Below are positions 13,696 to 24,455 of a stretch of DNA of 64,000 nt, in pieces. Position 1 is the stretch's first letter. Every line of letters starts with the position of its first letter. The notes below the pieces were generated by a model. The model was not told the origin of the DNA, searched no databases, and worked only from the letters and a program-made list of their open reading frames with translations. The position numbers were made by a program, and so were the translations under genes. Where the stretch lies: positions 806,001 to 870,000 of the forward strand of contig CDPCPM010000146.1 of the NCBI GenBank assembly GCA_976551045.1. Direction: 5' to 3'. This stretch comes from Glaucostegus cemiculus (Eukaryota).

Positions 13696-15378
13696 CTAAA
13701 CCAAAAGAATTAACATATCCTTTTACACACATACTTCAACCATTAGAATTTATTGGATCTCCCTGATGCAATTAATGTGGCTATTGGTTACTGTGGGATA
13801 GTATAATGTTTGGGCTATTTCATCTGCTCCTTAAAAGCCACTGCTTAGTTACTTGATCTGACAGCTGAAAAATTAGACATGTGTCTGAGGTAACTAGGCT
13901 ATGATAATCAATGCTGGAAATTTCTCTAGATTCCAGCTGACTTCCTCCTTCCAGAAGGAAGCTCAGATCTATCCAAGAGTAACTCATCATAAGCCAAATC
14001 TTGCTGGCTGTCGCCACACTTTACAGTGGGTACTGCTGATGTTCAATCATTCAACTGAATTAAGTTCTGAGCTTGCATGCAAATACTGCAAGACCCAGAC
14101 ATGCTGACAGTCATAGAGCCAGGCGTGGAGTTCAGTGCTGGGACCGAGTCTTGGAATCAAGAGCTAGTGCAGGATCAGAGTCACTATTGGTTTCCACAGA
14201 GATACCAGGCCTGCAGATTGGTATGGGAAGTGAAGATAAGATTTTCAATTATTTTGCTTTAGTTTAACATATTAATTATTTCCAAGTGCTTTTGTGTTTT
14301 TAATTAATTTCATTATGTTATTAAAAGCTTTCTTCAATTATGATGTTCTAAACATCTGAATATCAGAAACATTTAAAAACAGCTTAACAGCTTTGACAGA
14401 AAGCCAGGCTCTATCCCCAGCCTTCCCTTCTATCAAAGCCTATTTGGATGGGGTCAGTATTCAAGGAGCAAGGCTCTGCATTACACTACTATGACTTGAG
14501 GAACAAACAGCCAGATAAATTAGTTCCCCCACCTTGCCCAGGTATGGCTGGGAACTCTGAACAGCAATTCTGGATCATGGGCCCAGTCCACATGTTCTGT
14601 GGAAACTAATCTGGTGTGGTCACCGTTCACCCCTTACGAAATTCCTGATTTTAAATTTCCCCACTTTAACTTCAACAGACCATCTAAAGGCACTATGACT
14701 TTACAGTTCAAGGTGTTTTGTTAGCCTTCCAACCCCTGCAATGCATTGGTTCATCCAAAACTGAGCACCCTTAGCCTTCACTGTTCAGTCATCATGAACA
14801 GTGCTGTATTTACTCATCTGAGCTATTTCAGCAGCACCTCCCAAATCCACCTCCACAGATGAGGGCAGGAAGCCCATGGGAACCTTGGAGATTGCCCTCC
14901 AAGCCCTGAAGATTGCCCTCCAAGTTACACACCATCATAGTGTTTCAACATCAGCGGTGTAAATCCTGGAATTCCATGTCCCACAGCACTAGGATATTAC
15001 CTCCAGAAGGAAGTCTTCAGGGTTCAAAGATGGTGCCTCACCACCAACTTCTGAAGGACAATAAGGGGTGGGCCTTGATCCCTCCCCCCACAAAAATCAA
15101 AAATGAATTAACTAAAAAAATCCATTTGGAACTACAGAGTCTTAGTGTGCTATTCAGGAGTCCACTCAGTATCTGTGAAGACATTCTTCAACTCTACTGA
15201 AAATAATTGTTTTTTCCCCCCTATATTATGTCATCAATAAACAAAGTTAACTGGATGTAAAATAACTGTTTTTTAAATAATTACAATTTATTTTTTCTAC
15301 TACCTAAACAAGAGAAAGAACTTGGATTGTCAAGCAAATTAACAAATATGAACTATACAATGCAAGATCCACCAAATA

Positions 15379-16394
15379 CAGGCCATCCCTCAGTAATGAA
15401 CAGGTTCTGTTTTTATAGATGTCCATAAATCGATTCAGTACATAAGTATGAAAAGACACACAAAAAATACCACTTGAACTGGTAACCGTACCCCGGAGTA
15501 CCATCAAGAATGGCATCAAAAACACACAAGACTAATTGAGAGAACTATGAAGTGGAGAGAGAGAAAAATAAACAGTTCTGCCATTTGTATGTGTACCTAT
15601 TATGGACTTGTGAATTTAATATTATGGGAGCTAGTTTCACAAGATCACAAGACAAGGGAGCAGAAGTAGGCCATTCAGCCCTTCGAGTCTGCTCCATGAG
15701 AAGAGAAAAGATAACATATCTATCCCCAATTTCCAGCCTTATCCCCATATCCCTTGATTAATTAGGTACCTATCCAACTCCCCTTTAAATGCCCCCACTG
15801 ACTGAGCCTCTACAGCTGTATGTGGCAGAGAATTCCACAATTCCACCACCCTCTGACTAAAGTAATTTCTCCTCATCTCTGTTTTAAACTGGTTCCCTCT
15901 GATTCTAAGTCTGTGCCCTCTAGTCTTGGACTCACCCACCAAGGGAAACAGCCTATCCACATCTACTCTATCCATTCTCCTCAACATTCTAAACACCTCT
16001 ATGAGGTCCCCCCTCATTCCTCTGTACTCCAATGAGTACAGTCCAAGAGCCGATAAACGCTCACCATAGGTAAAAGCCCTTACATACCAGGAATCATCCC
16101 TGCAAACCTCCACTGAACCCTCTCCAACATCAGCACATCCCTTCTAAGGTGTGGGGTCCAAAACTGCACACAGTACTCCAAATGAGGACGTACCAGTGCT
16201 CCATAGAGCCTCATCATCACTTCCCTACTTCTATACACTATACCTCGCGAAATGATCGCCAACATAGCATTCGCTTTATCACCGATCCAACCTGGTGGTT
16301 GATTTTTAGGGTGTCCTGCACAAGTACCCCCAAGTCCCTTTGTTGTCATAGGGGTGTCCATAAGTCGGGTGTTCATAACCCAAGGGACAGCCTG
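15379..16394. mobile_element. Tc1/mariner (Tigger/pogo-like) non-autonomous DNA element hosting a CR1
   Basis: TA flanks at 15377-15378 and 16395-16396; imperfect TIRs CAGGCCATCCCTCAGTAATGAACA versus reverse complement CAGGCTGTCCCTTGGGTTATGAACA. Confidence 0.65.
15638..16333 (-). mobile_element. CR1 3' fragment
   Basis: LYGALVRPHLEYCVQFW...LGLYSLEYRGMRGDLIEVFRML...TRGH...FSQRVVELWNSLP. Confidence 0.92.
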
Positions 16395-16424
16395 TATACG
16401 CAAAACTCCAGGTTATTAACATGG

Positions 16425-17120
16425 AGACACAAGAAATTCTTCAAATGCTGGAATCTGGAGCAATACACAAAGTGCTGGAGGAACTCAGCAGGTCAGGCAG
16501 CATCTATGGAGGGAAATAAACCATCGACATTTCCGGCTGGGACCCCTCATCCGGATTGGAGAGCGTGTCTAATGAGGATAGGTTGAGTGAGCTAGAGCTT
16601 TTCTCTTTGGAGAGGAGGAGGAGGAGGAGGAGGAGGAGGAAGAAGAGGGGTGAATTGATTGAGGTGTACAAGATGATGAGAGGCAGATTGAGTGGACAGT
16701 CAGAGACTTCTTCCCCAGGGCGACAATGGCTAACACGAGGGGACATAATTTTAAGGTGATTGGAGGAAAATATAAAGGGGATGTCAGTGGTAAGTTTTTT
16801 TTAAAAAAACCAGAGCGGTGGGTGAGTGGAATGCACTGCCAGCAGAGGTTGTGGGGACAGATACATTAGGGACATTTAAGAGACTCTTGGATAGACACAT
16901 GTATGATAGACAAATGGGGAGCTATGTGGGAGGGAAGGGTTAGATAGATCTTAGAGCAGGATAAAATGTTGGCACAACATAGTGGGCCAAAGGGCCTGTA
17001 CTGTGCTGTAATATTCTATGATCATCCTTTCCAGTCCTGATGGTCTCAGCCCAAAATGTCAACTGTTTATTTCCCTCCATGGATGCTGCCTGACCTGCTG
17101 AGTTCCTCCAGCACTTTTAG
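16425..17120. mobile_element. Inverted pair of Penelope pseudo-LTR halves split at the centre by the CR1
   Basis: AAAGTGCTGGAGGAACTCAGCAGGTCAGGCAGCATC (~16469-16504) versus GATGCTGCCTGACCTGCTGAGTTCCTCCAGCACTTT (~17082-17117). Confidence 0.75.
16555..17020 (+). mobile_element. CR1 3' fragment with an internal (GGA)n expansion
   Basis: RLSELELFSLERRR(R)n..RGELIEVYKMM; tail GGGCCAAAGGGCCTGTACTGTGCTGTAATATTCTATG. Confidence 0.88.
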
Positions 17121-17271
17121 CCCATTAACGTGAATGGGCTGACGTGAAGGCAACCATTCCCATGGTCAGCAGACTCCTCTTGCCTCAGGCACTGCTGAAG
17201 CTCACGCAACATGCAAAGGTTTGCTGGACTGTCCTGGGACAGTGGAGCACAGGCGGCTGGTACCTTATTAC

Positions 17272-19155
17272 TTCCCCACCCCAACCCAAGCCCCCCTACC
17301 CTACCCCAACCCCCCTACCCTACCCCAACCCAAATCCCCCACTACCCCAACCAATTCCAACACAAACCCACCCCCCACCAACCCCTACCCCACCCCAACC
17401 CAGCACCCCGCAACCCCCACCCCAGACCAACAACCCCCTCACCACCTACCCCAGACCAACCCCCCCTCACCACCTACCCCAACCCAGCACCCCCGCTCAC
17501 CACCTACCCCAACCCAGCACCCCCCTCACCACCTACCCCAGACCAACCCCCCCTCACCACCTACCCCAGACCAACCCCCCCTCACCACCTACCCCAGACC
17601 AACCCCCCCTCACCACCTACCCCAACCCAGCACCCGCCTCACCACCTACCCCAGACCAAACCCCCCTCACCACCTACCCCAACCCAGCACCCCCCTCACC
17701 ACCTTCCCCAACCCAGCACCCCCCTCACCACCTACCCCAACCCAGCACCCCCCTCACCACCTACCCCAACCCAGCACCCCCCTCACCACCTACCCCAACC
17801 CAGCACCCCCCTCACCACCTACCCCAGACCAACCCCCCCTCACCACCTACCCCAGACCAGCACCCCCCTCACCACCTACCCCAATCCAGCACCCCCCTCA
17901 CCACCTACCCCAACCCAGCACCCCCCTCACCACCTACCCCAACCCAGCACCCCCCTCACCACCTACCCCAACCCAGCACCCCCCTCACCATCTACCCCAG
18001 GCCAACCCCCCCTCACCACCTACCCCAACCCAGCACCCCCACTCACCACCTACCCCAACCCAGCACCCCCACTCACCACCTACCCCAACCCAGCACCCCC
18101 TCACCACCTACCCCAGACCAACCCCCCCTCACCACCTACCCCAACCCAGCACCCCCCTCACCACCTACCCCAGACCAACCCCCCCTCACCACCTACCCCA
18201 GACCAACCCCCCTCACCACCTACCCCAGACCAACCCCCCTCACCACCTACCCCAGACCAACCCCCCTCACCACCTACCCCAGACCAACCCCCCCTCACCA
18301 CCTACCCCAGACCAACCCCCCCTCACCACCTACCCCAGACCAACCCCCCCTCACCACCTACCCCAGACCAACCCCCCCTCACCACCTACCCCAGACCAAC
18401 CCCCCCTCACCACCTACCCCAGACCAACCCCCCCTCACCACCTACCCCAACCCAGCACCCCCTTCACCACCTACCCCAGACCAACCCCCCCTCACCACCT
18501 ACCCCAACCCAGCACCCCCCTCACCACCTACCCCAGACCAACCCCCCCCTCACCACCTACCCCAGACCAACCCCCCCTCACCACCTACCCCAGACCAACC
18601 CCCCTCACCACCTACCCCAGACCAACCCCCCCTCACCACCTACCCCAACCCAGCACCCCCGCTCACCACCTACCCCAGACCAAACCCCCCCTCACCACCT
18701 ACCCCAACCCAGCACCCGCCTCACCACCTACCCCAGACCAACCCCCCCTCACCACCTACCCCAACCCAGCACCCCCCTCACCACCTACCCCAGACCAACC
18801 CCCCCTTACCACCTACCCCAACCCAGCACCCCCCTCACCACCTACCCCAACCCAGCACCCCCCTCACCACCTACCCCAGACCAACCCCCCCTCACCACCT
18901 ACCCCAGACCAACCCCCCTCACCACCTACCCCAGACCAACCCCCCCTCACCGCCTACCCCAGACCAACCCCCCTCACCGCCTACCCCAGACCAACCCCCC
19001 CTTACCACCTACCCCAACCCAGCACCCCCCTCACCACCTACCCCAGACCAACCCCCCCTCACCACCCGCCCCAGACCAACCCCCCCTCACCACCCGCCCC
19101 AGACCAACCCCCCCTCACCACCCGCCCCAGACCAACCCCCCCTCACCACCCTCGC
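17272..19155. repeat. C-rich minisatellite in PIGG intron 1, two interspersed ~26-29 nt unit types
   Basis: Tandem CCCCCTCACCACCTACCCC followed by either AGACCAA or AACCCAGCA; roughly 60+ units; degenerate at the left end. Confidence 0.97.
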
Positions 19156-19274
19156 CCAAACAGGGTCACTTGGGAGAGCAGGGGTGGAGGGCAAGTACAA
19201 GGCAGGAAGGAAGCGGCGGGTCTGCGGGTTCCCAGCCGGGACACTGGAGGAAATGCCTCCCCGCAGTGTCCCCC

Positions 19275-19385
19275 GGCCCGGGGGGCGGGGGGTCCGGGGG
19301 GGCCCGGGGTCCCGCCCGCCCGCAGGCCCGGGGGGCAGGGGGTCCGGGGGGGCCCGGGGTCCCGCCCGCCCGCAGGCCCGGGGCC
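19275..19385. repeat. Two-copy ~50-nt GC-rich tandem duplication just inside the exon 1 donor
   Basis: GGCCCGGGGGGC(G/A)GGGGGTCCGGGGGGG(G)CCCGGGGTCCCGCCCGCCCGCA repeated twice. Confidence 0.9.
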
Positions 19386-19409
19386 CTCCGTGTCTTCCCC
19401 CGCCGTTAC

Positions 19410-19560
19410 CTCCGGCTGGCTCCGCCGGCACATCCGACGCCTTGGCCTTGGCGCCCGAAGGCCTGGCCGGCACGGGGAAGAAGCCGCGCAGGAAGACGGC
19501 GGCGCCGCAGAGCAGCAGCAGGAGGCCGCAGCAGCCCAACAGCGACGAGCGGAGCCGCAT
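19410..19560 (-). CDS. PIGG: PIGG coding exon 1 (N-terminal signal-anchor)
   Basis: ATG at 19560; translates MRLRSSLLGCCGLLLLLCGAAVFLRGFFPVPARPSGAKAKASDVPAEPAG with the family FLRGFFP motif; 151 nt, phase-1 donor G|GTAAC; CpG-rich. Confidence 0.93.
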
Positions 19561-19619
19561 CCTCACCGCGCCTGCGCACTTCCTGCCGCACTGGAACGCT
19601 GCAGATGGCGGGGCGGGGG

Positions 19620-20690
19620 GGGCAGGGAGGGGGGAGGAGCTTTGCATAGGGAGAGGCATTGCATGGGGAGAGGTAAGGGAGGGACATTGCACGGGGGGGA
19701 GGGACATTGCACGGGGGGGAGGGACATTGCACGGGGGGGGGGAGGGGCATTGTACGGGGGGGAGGGGCATTGCACGGGGAGGGGAGGGGCATTGCACGGG
19801 GAGGGGAGGGGCATTGCACGGGGAGGGGCATTGCACGGGGAGGGGCATTGCACGGGGAGGGGAGGGGCATTGCACGGGGAGGGACATTGCACGGGGAGGG
19901 GAGGGACATTGCACGGGGAGGGGAGGGACATTGCACGGGGAGGGGAGGGGCATTGCACGGGGAGGGGAGGAGCATTGCACGGGGAGGGGAGGGGCATTGC
20001 ACGGGGAGGGAAGGGACATTTCCCGGGGGAGGGACATTAAATGGGGAGAGGGAGCGGAGGGGCATTGCCCCGGGGGGAGGGACATTAAACGGGGAGAGGG
20101 AGCGGAGGGGCATTGCCCCGGGGGGAGGGACATTAAACGGGGAGAGGGAGCGGAGGGGCATTGCCCCGGGGGGAGGGACATTAAACGGGGAGAGGGAGCG
20201 GAGGGGCATTGCCCCGGGGGGAGGGACATTAAACGGGGAGAGGGAGCGGAGGGGCATTGCACGAGGAGGGGGGTAGTGGAAGGGCGTTGCATGGGGAGAG
20301 GGGAAGGGCGTTGCACGGGGAGAGGGAGGGGAGGAGCATTGCACAAGGAGGGGGAGGGGGCTGGAGGGTCATTGCACAGGGAGAGGTAAGGGAGGGGCAT
20401 TGCACAGGGAGAGGGAGGCGAGGAGCATTGCACAGGGAGAGGGAGGCGAGGAGCATTGCACAGGGAGGGGGAGGCGAGGAGCATTGCACAGGGAGAGGTA
20501 AGGGAGGGGCATTGCACGGGGAGAGGGAGGCGAGGAGCATTGCACAGGGAGGGGGAGGGGGAGGGGGAGGGGGCTGGAGGGTCATTGCACAGGGAGGGGG
20601 AGGGGGCTGGAGGGTCATTGCACAGGGAGGGGGAGGGGGCTGGAGGGTCATTGCACAGGGAGGGGGCTGGAGGGTCATTGCACAGGGAGG
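19620..20690. repeat. G-rich minisatellite upstream of PIGG (core CATTGCAC flanked by G/GA runs) with sub-arrays
   Basis: ~18-30 nt units such as GAGGGGCATTGCACGGGGA; includes about five copies of a 48-nt higher-order unit at ~20024-20260. Confidence 0.97.
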
Positions 20691-20704
20691 ATTGAACGGA
20701 GAGG

Positions 20705-21137
20705 GGAAAAAGAGTTGCACTTTCAGATGGAAGATCTCATCAGAACTGGGAGAGAATTTTAAGTTGCAGAAAAGGTGGGAGGAGGGAACGGTTAGACAGT
20801 TAGAGGTTGACAGTGAAGTTTGCTAATGGAAAGAGAAACAAAAAGGCCCAGTTTTCCCCTCATTGGCATTCCTTAAATTCTGCGTGAAACAAATCACACT
20901 TTGTCATCTTCTACTGCCCCATTAACAACTCTGGGCGTCAACCTACCACAGAGTTCCCCTTCGTCCTATTCACCTCCCCCAGCCCCTCCTCCTTATCTGT
21001 AATGTAAAATTATTTTTTTCTCTCTTTTCCAGTTCAGATGAAGCATCTATGACCTGAAATTTTAACTCTGATTTCTCTTTCCGTGGATGCTGTCTGACCT
21101 GCTGAGTGTTTGCAGCATTTTCTGTTTTCGTTTCAGA
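20705..21137. mobile_element. Fold-back Penelope pLTR-derived element next to the G-rich minisatellite
   Basis: ~20712-20785 is an imperfect reverse complement of ~20985-21070; ends GATGCTGTCTGACCTGCTGAGTGTTTGCAGCATTTTCTG. Confidence 0.65.
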
Positions 21138-21494
21138 TATTGCACAGGCTGAGATATTGCACTGCAATGAACAGGCAAGAGGCCAATGCGGTGTTGCAGT
21201 GGGGGGAGGAGCAGTGTGTGAGATATTACACTGGGAGAAGCTGGATTGTAGCAGCTCAATTATTGCATTGGATGTGGAGAAAATGGAGCCTTCAACATAT
21301 TGCATCAGAAGGTGCTGAAAATTGAGTGTCAGATATTGCATGGAGGGAATGGAAATGAACTAATTAAGATATTAAGTAAGTGCGGGTCAGTGGTAACACC
21401 TCGCTGATGAGCAACACTGGTGCAGCTCAAGGATGTGTGCTTAGCCCACTGCTCTGCTCTCTCTACACATGACTGTGTGGCTAGGCACAGCTCA

Positions 21495-22233
21495 ACATTA
21501 CGGCCCTCACGAAGAAAGCTCAGAAACGCCTCTACTTCCTGCGGAGACTGAGGAAAGCGAACTCCCATCCCTCCGTTATGAAAACTTTCTATAGAGGGAC
21601 CATTGAGAGCATCCTAACCCAATGTATCACTGTTTGGTTTGGAAGCTGCTCAGCTGCTGGGCGGAAGTCCCTCCAGAGGATAGTTAGGGCTGCGGAGAGG
21701 ATCATAGGTGTCTCGCTTCCATCCCTCGCAGACATGTACAAGGACCGTTGTGTGAGGAAGACCAAAAGCATAATGGCCGACCCTTCTCACCCCTCCCACC
21801 ACCTCTTTACAATTTTGCCGTCGGGGAGGAGGCTTAAATGTATCAGGGCAAGAACGACCAGGCTGAACAATAGCTTCTTTCTGCAAGCCATCAGAACTGC
21901 AAACTCTCTCATCCCTCCATCTTCCTTGTTAACACTAAGGGATGCTAGGTGCACAGAAATGCACCAGCACTTTAAATGCCCGCCACCAGCCCGTTCACTT
22001 TAAGAACTATTTATTTATTTACCGGCCATTTTTAATTTAAGCTGCATATTAATTTAATTTTAACTTCCGTAGTTTTTAATGTTTAATGTTTTTTAATGTT
22101 TATTTTGTTAAGTGTGTCTGTGTGTCTCCGTTGGTTGTTATTTAATAGGACGAGCACCTGAGGAGGACAGTATCTCGCGCCTATGCATACTATGTATGTA
22201 TATGGTTGTGACAATAAACTGATTCTGATTCTG
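21495..22233 (+). mobile_element. Young Rex1/Babar-like 3' fragment
   Basis: Open frame KKAQKRLYFLRRL...FYRGTIESILT...PSGRR...RTTRLNNSFF; CpGs retained; ends AATAAA then (CTGATT)n. Confidence 0.88.
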
Positions 22234-22382
22234 AAATGTCATCTATAAATTCGCATATGACACAACTGTTAGCAGAATCTCAGATGGTGATGAGGAGGTG
22301 TACAGGAGTGAGGTAGAACAGCTGGTTGAGTGGTGTCGCAATAACAATCTCGCTCTCAATGTCCACAAGAACAAGGAAATGA

Positions 22383-22850
22383 TATTGGTTTATTATTGTC
22401 ACTCGTACCGAGGTACAGTGAAAAACTTGTCTTGCATACTGATCGTACAGGCAATTCATTACAGGTTGCATTGATGTAGTACAGGTAAAAACAATAACAG
22501 TACTAAGTGTCACAGCTACAGAGAAAGTGCAGTGCAATAAGGTGCAAGGTCACAACAAGGTAGATCGTGAGGTCAGAGTCCATCTCATTGTATAAGGGAA
22601 CTGTTCAACAGTGGGGTAGAAGCTGTCATTAAGTCTGGTGGTACGTGCCCTCAGGCTCCTGTATCTTCTACCCGATGGAAGAGGAGAGAAGAGGGAATGT
22701 CCTGTGTGGGTGGGGTCTTTGATTACGCCGGCTGCTTCACCAAGACAACGAGAGGTAAAGACAGAGTCCAAGGAGGGGAGGCTGGTGTCCATGATGGGCT
22801 GGGCTGTGTCCACAACTCTCTGCAGTTTCTTGCGGTCCTGGGCAGAGTAG
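22383..22850 (-). mobile_element. Rex1/Babar-like 3' fragment
   Basis: YSAQDRKKLQRVV...PLPSGRRYRSLRARTTRLNDSFYP plus 3'UTR ending GTGACAATAATAAACCAAT. Confidence 0.88.
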
Positions 22851-23034
22851 TTGTGGACATCAGGAAAGTCAGAAGAACGCACACCAGTCTTCATTGAGAG
22901 GTCAGTGGTGGAAAGGGTGAGCAGCTTCAAGTTCCTGGGTGTTAACATCTCAGAGGATTTAATATCTTAGAGGTGATCTGAGATATTAAACAGAGGTGGA
23001 GTACATTTCATGCTCCTATTTCGATGTAGATTAG

Positions 23035-23250
23035 GTTATTCCCAGTGTGTCAGGCAGAAACATGTCCCTCAATCAACATCACTAAAACAGTATAGTTCAT
23101 TGTCATTTCACATTGTTGCTGGGGGAGTTTGCTGTGCTCAAAACAGCTGCTGTGTTTCCCACTTTATACAACAGTGACTAAACCTCATTCTTTGTAGCAT
23201 GCTTTGAAACTTACTGAAGTTGTGAAAGGTGCTTTATGGCAAATATTTTT
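23035..23250 (+). mobile_element. Deu-domain SINE 3' half
   Basis: TCCCTCAATCAACATCACTAAAACAG...GTTGTGAAAGGTGCTTTAT. Similar pieces at ~12185-12450 (-), ~27490-27595 (-) and ~52955-53130 (+). Confidence 0.6.
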
Positions 23251-23544
23251 ATTAACTGATCAAAAATAAAACTGCACTGATTTTCATCACTGTTCACTGT
23301 TCACAATCAAATTAATCTCATTACTTAATAAAATTGGTAATTTTATTTAATATTTTGAGAGTACTGTACAGAAAACCAAGCTAGGGTGATATTATTTTTC
23401 ATAGAGAAACACCTCCATGTTTACAAGAGTAATTTTGTCTTTTATCTTAGAATATGACTTTTTTTGGATTCTAGATATTTTGGGCTGAAGGGCCTGTTCC
23501 TGTGCTATACTGTTCTGTGTTCTTATAAGTTTTAATTATAAATT

Positions 23545-23697
23545 ATATTTGCAGCGTGGTAACAGGCCCTTTTGGCCCAACGAGTCTGCGCTGCCCATTT
23601 TAAACCCCCAAATTAACCTACCCGTACGTCTTTTAGAATGTGGGAGGAAACAGGAGCACCCGGAGGAAACCCACGCAGACACGGGAGAATGTACAAA
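23545..23697 (-). mobile_element. 5'-truncated V-SINE with CR1-type tail
   Basis: Reverse complement matches ~54875-55025. Confidence 0.85.
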
Positions 23698-24094
23698 TGT
23701 GTAAATTTGTCACACTTACAATATATCCAGAAAACTTTTGATAACATTACTGGTTAACATGCCACATATGATACCTGAAATGTTCATTATTTTATACAGT
23801 TTAATGGCTGCATTTAAAGAAACATGAAGGAACTTTAACAGGCACAACTGAAGGAATCAGCATCGAATAATTGCAAGGCTAGAAATGCTCCAGATGGTGG
23901 CAGTAGTGACCAATTAATTGGTCTCCAAGGACCTGCATGAATTGGGTGGGTCAGAATTAGTTGGCACAATAACAGTGAGTTTATGTGCCTGGCATTATTC
24001 ATGGGTAACTTCTACAACAAGGGGTGGGGGGAGTGGAATGGAGAGATGCACTGTGAATTGCAAATTGTTGGACAATTTGTCCTAATGAAAATGT

Positions 24095-24265
24095 TAAAAA
24101 TATGCAGATGGAAATCTGAAATAAATACAGGAAATGCTAGAAACACTCAGCAGGTTGGCCAGCATCTGTGGAAAGAGAAACAGTTAACATTTCAGGTGGA
24201 AGACATGAAATGTTAGCTTTGTTTCTCTTTTCTGCTGAGCATTTCCAGTGTTCACTGTTTTTATT
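24095..24265. mobile_element. Fold-back Penelope pLTR-derived element
   Basis: AAATGCTAGAAACACTCAGCAG ... CTGCTGAGCATTTCCAGTGTT with a TTTCAGG...TGAAA centre. Confidence 0.65.
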
Positions 24266-24330
24266 ATTGTCCCTGTATAACATGATGTATTTTCCTGCAG
24301 TGCCACTCATTCTCTTCTGCCCTGTCAACT

Positions 24331-24444
24331 GTCAGGATGGCTGAGTTGTCTAAGGCACCAGACTCAAGGACACGGTCCTTCCCTGTGCAGGGCAGGTGTT
24401 CTGGTCTCCGACTGGAGGCATGGGTTCGAATCCCACTTCTGACA
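24331..24444 (+). tRNA. Intron-containing tRNA-Leu(CAA), probably a pseudogene
   Basis: GTCAGGATGG...CCAGACTCAAG [30-nt intron 24369-24398] TTCTGGTCTCC...GGGTTCGAATCCCACTTCTGACA matches vertebrate Leu-CAA as I recall it; anticodon 24365-24367. D-loop GG is TG, the first T-stem pair is A:C, and three changes fit CpG decay. Confidence 0.88.
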
Positions 24445-24455
24445 CATCCTTTGTA

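Larger units (their letters stand above)
19200..19625 (-). promoter_or_regulatory. Small CpG island with putative PIGG core promoter/5'UTR
   Basis: CpG-dense. Directly upstream of the ATG: GCGCCTGCGCA (NRF1-like, 19568-19578), ACTTCCTG (ETS, 19578-19585), AGATGGCG (YY1-like, 19603-19610), GGGGCGGGG (Sp/KLF, 19610-19618). Motif matches only. Confidence 0.65.
21424..22960 (+). mobile_element. Old Rex1/Babar-like RT fragment interrupted by two further Rex1-like insertions
   Basis: QGCVLSPLL...THDCVARHSS (to ~21495), then NVIYKFAYDTT...LVEWCRNNNLALNV...KEMI (22234-22382), then VD.RK...VERVSSFKFLGVNISEDL (~22852-22960). Confidence 0.85.

Noticed and set aside
17272-20690. CRISPR-like repeat-spacer array
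   Set aside because: Units are contiguous with no unique spacers, there are no cas genes, and the DNA is vertebrate.
17144-20826. Very long Pro/Thr/His- and Gly-rich ORFs (up to 1081 aa) in several frames
   Set aside because: Open in all three plus frames because the minisatellite units lack stop codons. The only credible coding part is PIGG exon 1 on the minus strand.
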